Origin: a virus | Lineage: Duplodnaviria; Caudoviricetes | Reading direction: 5' to 3' (one strand) | Virus record (IMG/VR): IMGVR_UViG_3300005934_000002 | Coordinates: 20,783-84,782 of that record | Length of the DNA stretch: 64,000 nt | Part shown: positions 40,886 through 49,002 of the stretch, in pieces | Position numbering within the stretch: position 1 is the stretch's first letter | Layout: every line of letters begins with the position of its first letter | Notes under the pieces: model-generated | Told to the model about the DNA's origin: nothing | Database searches by the model: none | The model's input: the letters and a program-made list of their open reading frames with translations, nothing else | Position numbers and translations under genes: made by a program

Positions 40886-41915
40886 AAGCCTTTGCTACCT
40901 CCGGGATATAATCTTTTAAACTGCATCCTCTTTGTTTGTCAAATATCATTGTCCATTTTTTAAATGCTTCTTGTTGTTCTGTGTCTGCAGGTTGATCAAC
41001 CCAGTACTTAAATTTTTCAGGACAGTATTGTTTTATTTCATCAGGAGCATTTTTTGTATTAAGATATTCTGGATTCATTAATAAGTTATCAAAAAAATCA
41101 AAGCCGTATTTTTTGCACCAATCTATAATTGTTTGATAATGATGTAAATTAGTAACCTGAATAGTCGGGCCAAGACTTTTATATTTTACTATCTCTGCCC
41201 ATTTAAGCATATTAGTTTCTACTTCTTCCCATTTACTTCCCCAACGTATATAATCATTAACTTTGCCAATACCGTCTATACTAAAACACATATTAACAGT
41301 TTCAAAACGTTTTAATTCTTCATATATGTTAGGATTCATAATTGTAGCATTAGTATTAAATCTTACTTCAACTGAACTATCTAATTTTTGTAAAAATTTA
41401 TGTAAGCCTTTTACCATCATAGGTTCACCGCCTGTAAGATAAACTTCTCTAAGTTCAGGTAACTTAGCCAAGTATTCGCCACGTTCGTCGGTGTACCAAT
41501 CGAAGTTTGGAAAAGGTTGATTACCCCACGGTGATTCAATACCTTGTTTAAGCATTGCTTGATGTTCTTTTGCAAGACTGCTTGATACACCAGGATAACA
41601 CATAGTACATTGTAAGTTACAATTACTACCAAAGCGTAAATCTAAATGACTAATACCTGGACCATATTGTCTTGGACGATTACGTTGACTTTTTTCGCCA
41701 GCGTCTTCTTGTATTTTACATTTTTCACAAGCAGAAGGAAATTCTCCCTTTTCAAATGTAGCAACAGCATCTTTATATATTTTACTATTACGCCAATCAT
41801 CTACAGTGTGTGTTGTTACATTCTCTACGTTTGAAGGTTCTGTACTAATACAACACAAACGATATTCGCCAGAAGTTTTTACACAGACTTGATGATCTAA
41901 ATATTTACACCTCAC
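40872..41915 (-). CDS. Radical SAM enzyme 7, N-terminal twitch-like motif
   Basis: RCKY...SGEYRLCC...ACEKC; CNLQCTMC; TGGEPM. Confidence 0.9.
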   Translation of the reverse strand: MRCKYLDHQVCVKTSGEYRLCCISTEPSNVENVTTHTVDDWRNSKIYKDAVATFEKGEFPSACEKCKIQEDAGEKSQRNRPRQYGPGISHLDLRFGSNCNLQCTMCYPGVSSSLAKEHQAMLKQGIESPWGNQPFPNFDWYTDERGEYLAKLPELREVYLTGGEPMMVKGLHKFLQKLDSSVEVRFNTNATIMNPNIYEELKRFETVNMCFSIDGIGKVNDYIRWGSKWEEVETNMLKWAEIVKYKSLGPTIQVTNLHHYQTIIDWCKKYGFDFFDNLLMNPEYLNTKNAPDEIKQYCPEKFKYWVDQPADTEQQEAFKKWTMIFDKQRGCSLKDYIPEVAKAYGIN

Positions 41916-42888
41916 CGCAAGTTACCTCACAAATTTTAAATCTATTTTCTTTTGGTTGTGTAAGCAAGTCACTTTCAACTATGTCTTGTAGATTCATATT
42001 GTTTACATTAGGCCACGTAATACTATTACATTCTTCAGCATATGGACTGTTAGGATTTTTAGCATAACGATCACTTAACAAATAACAACAAGGAAATACT
42101 TCTCCTGTATGACTTATTTGTATTTTTTGTTTTCGTTGCCATTTACAACTAATACAACCTTTGTCTAATCCTACTTTTAATACTTTTTCTAAACGCTCTA
42201 CATTATCTAAATGTTTTTTATCATACTTTATAGTACGTGCTTGTTCTTTCTTAGTTGCCTTAAATTTTTCTACTGCTTCTGATACTATACTATCTATTGC
42301 AGTAAATGTATAACCGCCGTTAATATCAAAAACAACAAACCCCATATCTTTAGATAATTGCTCACACTGTTCTATTTGATGTTTGTTGTGATCAAATACA
42401 AGCATACGCCATCTTGCTAAACCACCTGCGTCTATAAATGCTTTTGCATTTTCCATTACACTTTCCCAAACAACATGACGCCTATACAAATGATTAGTAT
42501 CTTCTAATCCGTCAATACTAAACGTAATAACACCTTGCGGAAAATTTCTTAATTCTTGTGCAATTAACCTATACAAATTTGGTTTGCCAATACCACCATT
42601 AGTGTGTATCATTATTTTGCATTTTAGTTTTTTTGCATATTGTAGTGCAAATGGTAAATTTGGATTCATTAAAGGATCACCATATGCACCATTAAAAATA
42701 ATTTCTTCTACACCTTTTGCATTGTCTACAATGTTTTTAAAAGTATCCATATCCATATGACCTAAAGGCATATGAGGGTTAACAGTCACACCGTCGATGT
42801 TACGTGAGCAGTTTCCACACATAGCATTACAATGACTTGTAAAGTCAATTACTATTGTTTTTAGATCATTTTTCGATAAGAATTGCAT
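41905..42888 (-). CDS. Radical SAM enzyme 8, C-terminal SPASM/twitch motif
   Basis: CNAMCGNC; GAYGDP; ISC...GEVFPCCY...CEVTC; paralog of 32235. Start placed at ATG 42888 (MQFLSK), just downstream of TAAATA. Confidence 0.88.
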   Translation of the reverse strand: MQFLSKNDLKTIVIDFTSHCNAMCGNCSRNIDGVTVNPHMPLGHMDMDTFKNIVDNAKGVEEIIFNGAYGDPLMNPNLPFALQYAKKLKCKIMIHTNGGIGKPNLYRLIAQELRNFPQGVITFSIDGLEDTNHLYRRHVVWESVMENAKAFIDAGGLARWRMLVFDHNKHQIEQCEQLSKDMGFVVFDINGGYTFTAIDSIVSEAVEKFKATKKEQARTIKYDKKHLDNVERLEKVLKVGLDKGCISCKWQRKQKIQISHTGEVFPCCYLLSDRYAKNPNSPYAEECNSITWPNVNNMNLQDIVESDLLTQPKENRFKICEVTCGEV

Positions 42889-42893
42889 ACTGT

Positions 42894-42899
42894 ATTTAA
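42894..42899 (-). promoter_or_regulatory. Putative late promoter TAAATA, 4-5 nt before ATG 42888
   Basis: Minus strand TAAATA, then a few nt, then ATG; no SD. Confidence 0.55.
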
Positions 42900-42933
42900 C
42901 ATCATTATCAGAGTACATAATGGTACCTGGCAC

Positions 42934-42940
42934 ATAAATA
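42934..42940 (+). promoter_or_regulatory. Putative late promoter ATAAATA, 5 nt before ATG 42946
   Basis: ATAAATA-CTGAT-ATG; divergent partner of 42894. Confidence 0.55.
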
Positions 42941-42945
42941 CTGAT

Positions 42946-43662
42946 ATGCAAGAATTAGACAATTTCCATAAAGAACATGGTAAAATAATCAACGAAAAAT
43001 ATCCTGACACTTTTGATCCTAAATGGTTAGTAATGGAAAGTGGTTGGGGATATTTTCATATGAGTGCTTTAGATAAACAGCCTTTTAAAGAAATGCATAA
43101 AGAAGCAGAAGCACTACTTGATAAGTTTCATGAACATAGAGAAGAATATGGTCATGGTTGGAAAAGTCTTACCCTTCATGGACTAAATGAAGATACGCAA
43201 AGTTTAAATCAATATGGTAAACGCAGTGACGTTTTAGAACAATTAGATTGGACTTGGGTAGCAGAACAATGTCCTACTACTAAAAAGTTTTTAACAGATG
43301 TATGGCCTGCAGAATTTTTAAATCGTGTAAGATTTATGTTACTTGAACCAGGCGGATATATTCTACCCCATCAAGATAGACCAGATGAAGAAAAGCGTTT
43401 AAGTGTTTGTAACATTAGTTTGAATAATCCAGATAACTGTCAGTTTGTTTTTAAAGACAAAGGTATAGTTCCTTTTAAAGATGAAGGTAGTGCTTTCTTA
43501 ATGGATATTAGCAATCAACATAGTGTTTGGAATAGAAGCGATAAACCAAGAATACATATGATTATTCATTTTGAATTAGGTAGACGTACCAGAGATATGT
43601 TTTATACGTTAAGACAGAGTTTTTACACAAACAGGAGTAGACTAAATGAAAGACTGGAATAG
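42946..43662 (+). CDS. Fe(II)/2OG oxygenase, AspH-like
   Basis: RFMLLEPGGYILPHQD...QHSVWN...RIHMII; start ATG 42946 preferred over the track start 42883. Confidence 0.8.
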   Translation: MQELDNFHKEHGKIINEKYPDTFDPKWLVMESGWGYFHMSALDKQPFKEMHKEAEALLDKFHEHREEYGHGWKSLTLHGLNEDTQSLNQYGKRSDVLEQLDWTWVAEQCPTTKKFLTDVWPAEFLNRVRFMLLEPGGYILPHQDRPDEEKRLSVCNISLNNPDNCQFVFKDKGIVPFKDEGSAFLMDISNQHSVWNRSDKPRIHMIIHFELGRRTRDMFYTLRQSFYTNRSRLNERLE

Positions 43663-45112
43663 TCTATCTGTTGATCGTTACTATGAAGATTTAAATTCTA
43701 ATGCCGATGTTGCAATTGGTATTCTTGATATTTCACGTGACATTGATAATGAATTTGTTGCTAAACGCACATTTGATAAAACATATTTTTATGTAAATCG
43801 AATGTTAAAAATGAACCTTGCAAGTTATGTAGGTTTTGAAAAAAGTGTAAAAACTCTTTTGTTAAAATCTATTAAACAAAATAAAAAGTATTGTATGATT
43901 GCTTGTCAAGGATTACTACTATACAGAGGTCCAAGTTTAGTGCAGAAAAGTGTAGAATATGCTGAAAAGAATCCGCAGTTTTTTGTAGTAGGACATATCA
44001 TGGATAAGAAAAAACAGCATCATTATATTACAGCAGGTGCTTATCCAGGATTACATAGACAATACCTATTTGTTAATCTTGCTAAATGGAAAGAACTTGG
44101 AGAACCAGAATTTGACGAATTAGGATTTTTTCCAGATAGGCCAAGAGAATATAGAAATGTAGAATTTAGTGCAGACACAATTCACAGTGAATATACACCT
44201 GCTTGGGTAAAAGGCGCAGAAGGTTATAACAAACACACTGTTACTGCTGACGGAAGTAACTGGATTCATATTGCCGCAGAGAATAATATTACTATTGACA
44301 ATCTTGATAATGATATGCGTGAGTGCAAAGTATTTCTTTATCCTTATAACAGACCGGATATACTCGAAAAGGTTTGGTTAGATAAACGTAATGATGAACT
44401 TGTTGATCAATTAAATTACAGCCAAAAGGCTTGGATAAGAAAACTTGGTTATCAAGAAGAAATTGAAAAAGATAGAGTCTATGCTTTTAACACAGAAAGA
44501 CTAAGTGGTGAAGGTGTAAGAACAAACGGTAAATTTATTGATCATTTGTTTAGTGCGGCCGCAGGTTTCAAACCACTTGCTATATTAAATGCAAATGGGT
44601 TTCATGAAGGTACAACAGTACATTACTTTGATTGGTGTGAAGCAAGTTTAAAATATAAAAAGCACTTACTTGAAACTTGGGACGGATACGATTTAGATGC
44701 TTGGTTGCTTGAACATGATTTAGAATATAATTTTAGTTCGACATATAGAGGAAATTATAAAAAGTTCTGGGAACAAGAACTAAAAGAATTTGGCGGAAGT
44801 TTAAGATTTCAAAGTTTATGGGACAGGTATAGAAAATTAAAACATGAATTTTATGTTATAGATATTGTAAATGATAGCCATAAACTTTTTACAGAAATAA
44901 ACAAATACCACGGAACACGAGTATTGTGGACTACAAATATTTGGTCAAGCGAAATGTTGCATTGGAATATGCAACCTGAAGATTTAGAAACTTTATATCT
45001 AAAATTTAAATCGCAAGTTCCTGATAACTTAGTTGTATATGGACACGACTATTGTGCTATAGACTTAAATGATAGTGTAAAAGGTAATTACACTCATGTG
45101 AGATACAAATAA
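43646..45112 (+). CDS. Hypothetical protein (488 aa)
   Basis: Long clean ORF coupled to both neighbours; no family recognised. Confidence 0.7.
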   Translation: MKDWNSLSVDRYYEDLNSNADVAIGILDISRDIDNEFVAKRTFDKTYFYVNRMLKMNLASYVGFEKSVKTLLLKSIKQNKKYCMIACQGLLLYRGPSLVQKSVEYAEKNPQFFVVGHIMDKKKQHHYITAGAYPGLHRQYLFVNLAKWKELGEPEFDELGFFPDRPREYRNVEFSADTIHSEYTPAWVKGAEGYNKHTVTADGSNWIHIAAENNITIDNLDNDMRECKVFLYPYNRPDILEKVWLDKRNDELVDQLNYSQKAWIRKLGYQEEIEKDRVYAFNTERLSGEGVRTNGKFIDHLFSAAAGFKPLAILNANGFHEGTTVHYFDWCEASLKYKKHLLETWDGYDLDAWLLEHDLEYNFSSTYRGNYKKFWEQELKEFGGSLRFQSLWDRYRKLKHEFYVIDIVNDSHKLFTEINKYHGTRVLWTTNIWSSEMLHWNMQPEDLETLYLKFKSQVPDNLVVYGHDYCAIDLNDSVKGNYTHVRYK

Positions 45113-45828
45113 TGAAAAAGAAATTAGCATACATTATAGGTGGCGAACCAAGATTAATTCAACATTCATTTGACGAGAGTACAGTTTACAAAGATCTTTG
45201 TAAAGAATATAATGTTGATGTTTATATACATTGTTGGACACAAGAGTTTAAATGGACTGCATACAATAATCATTATAGGTGGCGTAGAAATAAAGGTTAT
45301 TTTCCTCCAGGCGAAACTTATGTAAAAGTTAGCAACGAAGATATTATTGAACAATATAAAATATATGAACCTAAAGAATGTGTTATTGAAGACTATGATG
45401 AAAAATTTACTATAGGAGATTTTCCTTTTGGTCAATATATTAGTAGAGCAAAGGCTTATAAAAATGCTGTAGAACAAGACAAGTATGATTTTGTTTGGCT
45501 AACAAGATCAGATGCTATCGGTGTAGGCCCACTCCACAGAATGTTAAGAAATAAAATATATTGTCCAGAAGCAATTTTTGAAGACTCTCGACAACTATTT
45601 AGAGCAGAAGATTGGTACTATGCAGGATCTACTAATATGTTTGAAAATCTTATTCCATTTGCAAACGATCCGTTAACTGCAATAACTAATTTATATGAGA
45701 ATAAATGGTTAAAAGAAAATATGGATAAAATTAGAAATACACATATATGGCAAGCCTTATTAACTGGAGGCGACGGTGCAAATGTATTTCAAGGTGATGA
45801 TATAACATGGAAACTCCCGCATTATTAA
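45112..45828 (+). CDS. Hypothetical protein, possibly glycosyltransferase-like
   Basis: AYIIGGEPR...DVYIHCW...YDFVWLTRSD resembles GT-like proteins of capsule loci. Confidence 0.45.
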   Translation: MKKKLAYIIGGEPRLIQHSFDESTVYKDLCKEYNVDVYIHCWTQEFKWTAYNNHYRWRRNKGYFPPGETYVKVSNEDIIEQYKIYEPKECVIEDYDEKFTIGDFPFGQYISRAKAYKNAVEQDKYDFVWLTRSDAIGVGPLHRMLRNKIYCPEAIFEDSRQLFRAEDWYYAGSTNMFENLIPFANDPLTAITNLYENKWLKENMDKIRNTHIWQALLTGGDGANVFQGDDITWKLPHY

Positions 45829-46391
45829 TTTTAGATTACGACGGTACTTTAGCAGATTGTAAATCATTACACCAACAGGCTTTTAGGAAAGCCTGTAATA
45901 TTGTAAACCCTGAGATCGAATATTCGGACAATGAAGTAGAAGGTTTACCAACATTTAAAAAAATAGAATATTTAAAAAGTAAAAAATATGTTTTTAATGA
46001 AACAGAGTTAATGTCAATAAAACAAAAACTCACTATGGAAAACATACACGAGTACATAAAGTTTGATCAAGAATTAAAAGATATTTTAACAAGACTAAGC
46101 AAAAAATATAAATTAGCAGTTTGTTCTAATGCTACAAAAGAGTTTGTAGAAAAGGGTTTAAAAATACAACAGTTAGATATGTTTGAACCTGTGTGTACAG
46201 CATCAGATCATTTGCCTAAACCCGAAGTAGATATATACTTTTATGCTATGTATTATTTCGGATTTGCCCCTCAACAGACAGTAATATTTGAAGATTCGGA
46301 ATTAGGCATACAAGCCGCAACGGATACAACTGCCACAGTAAAAACGGTAAGTAATGTTGAGCATCTTAAAGGATTACTAAATGAGTATTAA
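45807..46391 (+). CDS. HAD-family phosphatase (beta-PGM-like)
   Basis: LDYDGTLAD (motif I), CSN (II), PKP (III), FEDSELG (IV). Confidence 0.85.
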   Translation: METPALLILDYDGTLADCKSLHQQAFRKACNIVNPEIEYSDNEVEGLPTFKKIEYLKSKKYVFNETELMSIKQKLTMENIHEYIKFDQELKDILTRLSKKYKLAVCSNATKEFVEKGLKIQQLDMFEPVCTASDHLPKPEVDIYFYAMYYFGFAPQQTVIFEDSELGIQAATDTTATVKTVSNVEHLKGLLNEY

Positions 46392-47091
46392 ATTAATAAT
46401 GCCAATGGCAGGAACTGGTACAAGGTTTGTAGAAGCAGGTTATACAGAACCTAAACCTTTAATTAAAATAAAAGGTGTTCCTATGTTTCAATATGCAGAA
46501 ACACAAATAGGAATTAACTTTGACGAAAGAATTTTTATTGTAAGAAAAGATCATAATATTGCAGATACTATTAAGTCTTTATATCCTACAGCCACTACAA
46601 CAGTAATAGAATTAGACGAAGATACAGAAGGAACTGCTTGTACATTATTAAAAGCAAAATCTTTATTCACAGAAGACGATTCTGTTTTTGTTGCTAATTG
46701 TGATCAAAGCGTTGTTTGGGATAGAAAATTAGCAAAGCAAATTGTAAAGAGTGTAGCAGATGGAGCAATAGCAACATTTATAAATGACGAAAAAGATCCT
46801 AAATGGAGTTTTGCAAAAGAAGTCAACGGAATAATAACAGAAGTTGCCGAAAAAAATCCTATATCAAATAAAGCAACAGTAGGATATTATTGGTGGAGAG
46901 ATGCTACACAGATGTTTAGAAACATCGAACAAATGATAAAAGCCAATGATAGAGTTAATGGCGAATTTTATACGTGTCCTGTGTTTAACTACACAATCAA
47001 AGAAGGAAGTACAATCTTTGATATCCCTGTAATGACTATGAAAGGTTTAGGTACTCCTGAAGATTTGGAGAGTTACTTAAATGAAAATTGA
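46381..47091 (+). CDS. Sugar-phosphate nucleotidyltransferase-like protein
   Basis: MPMAGTGTRF...PKPLI, EGTA, VANCD, EK, LGTPEDL. Confidence 0.8.
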   Translation: MSIKLIMPMAGTGTRFVEAGYTEPKPLIKIKGVPMFQYAETQIGINFDERIFIVRKDHNIADTIKSLYPTATTTVIELDEDTEGTACTLLKAKSLFTEDDSVFVANCDQSVVWDRKLAKQIVKSVADGAIATFINDEKDPKWSFAKEVNGIITEVAEKNPISNKATVGYYWWRDATQMFRNIEQMIKANDRVNGEFYTCPVFNYTIKEGSTIFDIPVMTMKGLGTPEDLESYLNEN

Positions 47092-47917
47092 AACTAAAAA
47101 TAATTGGGTAATTGAAATATCAGATTTTGATATCCGTACTGCTACTAAAGAACAAGCGTTCATGATTGGTAGATATATTCTAAGCAATATGGTCGTTGTG
47201 TTAAAGAATCAAGATCTTGAACCAGAGGATGAAGTTGCTTTTTGTTCTAAGATTGGTAAATGTCAGTTTATCATAGATCCAACTAAACCTCGAGAAGGAC
47301 AACGCACAGAACATCTTGCAGTCGGACATCACATATTACGTGTTACAGGACAAAAGAATGAAAAGGGCGAAGAAGGTTTATTTGGCCATACATCTGCACT
47401 TGACTGGCACGCCAACCAAGCAAGTAACTATGAGCGTGATCCTTTGATATGGTTGTACGGAGTTGAAGGTACTGCTGGTAGCAAAACAAGTTGGATTAAT
47501 AATATTGAAAGTTATAATGCACTACCAGAAGAATTTAAAAAAGAAATTCAAGACATACAGATTACCTTAGGATATAAGAGCGGATCGTATAGTCCAAGCA
47601 AGTTCTTTGTAGAACATCATAGCGAGGATAAACCTTTCCAATTGGTTCATGTCAATGACGCAGGCTACACAGGTTTATATTTTCCTTTCCTACAAATTTT
47701 TGGAATGCCTGGAAAAACAGAAGAACAGTTTAAAGATATAATGAGCAGACTAATTGAACACGTTACACAACCTCAATTCTGTTATGATCATTATTGGGAA
47801 GACGGTGATATTGTATTAAGCGAACAGTGGTTAAGCATACACAAACGATGGGCGTTTGACAAAATGGAAGATCGTATTCTTCATAGGATAGCATTTAATT
47901 ATGAAAACTTATTATAA
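47081..47917 (+). CDS. TauD/TfdA-family dioxygenase (HxN variant)
   Basis: VVVLKNQ, LDWHAN, HYWEDGDIVL...IHKR...RILHRI. Confidence 0.8.
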   Translation: MKIETKNNWVIEISDFDIRTATKEQAFMIGRYILSNMVVVLKNQDLEPEDEVAFCSKIGKCQFIIDPTKPREGQRTEHLAVGHHILRVTGQKNEKGEEGLFGHTSALDWHANQASNYERDPLIWLYGVEGTAGSKTSWINNIESYNALPEEFKKEIQDIQITLGYKSGSYSPSKFFVEHHSEDKPFQLVHVNDAGYTGLYFPFLQIFGMPGKTEEQFKDIMSRLIEHVTQPQFCYDHYWEDGDIVLSEQWLSIHKRWAFDKMEDRILHRIAFNYENLL

Positions 47918-48470
47918 ACTTTTAGAATATAGTCCAGACATGGACTTGACGGAGTTTTATAAACAAGCGGCGAAACAGGGTTACGTAAACAATTCAAATC
48001 AAAAAATTATGATTGATGCGTTTAACAATGAAGAACGTGCCCAAGTATGGATTCTATTTAAAGAAGATAAAGCCATGGGTGCAGTTGCCGCACACACATT
48101 CCCAGAGATGGGCGAAAACAGTTATAGAATATTAACAAGGACCTGTGCAGTAGGAGGCATGATGCACTCTGCAGGGTCAATGGCAAGATTAAAACGTAAC
48201 GAAGATGTTAGTTCACGTTTTTACGTACCTAAGATGATTGAATGGTGTGGCATGGATAGTAATATGTATTGCACCACAAATGATTTAGAAGGTGGTTCAC
48301 AAAGAGCAGTACATAGAGTTTGGTTGCCAATAATGGCTAAACAAGGACTGTTTACAAAAATTAAAGAGATAGATTATAGAGGTGTTAGACAAACTGTATG
48401 GAAACTTAATCCAAAAGAGTTCTTAGAACATTTAGATAAACACCCGTGGGAAGATCATGTTTTATTATAA
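47901..48470 (+). CDS. GNAT-like acyltransferase (tentative)
   Basis: Alpha/beta pattern WILF...MGAVAAH...YRILTRTC reminiscent of the GNAT core; no canonical motif A recognised. Confidence 0.35.
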   Translation: MKTYYKLLEYSPDMDLTEFYKQAAKQGYVNNSNQKIMIDAFNNEERAQVWILFKEDKAMGAVAAHTFPEMGENSYRILTRTCAVGGMMHSAGSMARLKRNEDVSSRFYVPKMIEWCGMDSNMYCTTNDLEGGSQRAVHRVWLPIMAKQGLFTKIKEIDYRGVRQTVWKLNPKEFLEHLDKHPWEDHVLL

Positions 48471-49002
48471 GCACATTGATATAGATAACAGCATCTGTGA
48501 AGAAGTAAAGCAGTGGGGATTAGATAATATACAAACCAGCGACATACCTTTTGTTAAATTAAATCTACAAAAATTTAATGATGAATGTCCTTTATTTTTA
48601 GAATGGACCAAACAACATGATATTAAAACAGAATGGGTCGTAGGTATTAAAGTAAATGCCCACAATGGACAAATTCAATCTAAAGTTCCTCATACAGATC
48701 TAAGACCTGAAGATCAAAATTATGCACTTAATTTTCCTGTAAAAAATTGTGATCAAACATATACCTGTATGTACAATTTAATAGAAGGTGATGAAATAAT
48801 TTTACGTGATAATGCTATTGCAGGCGGAGATGCAGACTACAAAATTTTTAGTGCTGATAGCAAATTTGAAGAAGTAGCAAAGTTCTATTTAAATAAACCA
48901 ACGTTGTTTGATACTAACATTCCACACAAGGTATTTAATAATACCGATCATGATCGTTTAAGTTTAAGTCTTAGATTTGAAAGTAATCCGAAACTGGATT
49001 AA
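48457..49002 (+). CDS. Putative Fe(II)/2OG oxygenase (HxD...H)
   Basis: VPHTD...IPHKVFN...RLSLSLRF. Confidence 0.7.
   Translation: MFYYKHIDIDNSICEEVKQWGLDNIQTSDIPFVKLNLQKFNDECPLFLEWTKQHDIKTEWVVGIKVNAHNGQIQSKVPHTDLRPEDQNYALNFPVKNCDQTYTCMYNLIEGDEIILRDNAIAGGDADYKIFSADSKFEEVAKFYLNKPTLFDTNIPHKVFNNTDHDRLSLSLRFESNPKLD

Noticed and set aside
17232-49002. RiPP interpretation of the radical SAM/SPASM cluster
   Set aside because: No short precursor-like ORF, RRE/PqqD domain, peptidase or transporter seen in the island, while sugar-handling genes dominate. Not excluded if the substrate is encoded elsewhere or is a virion protein.
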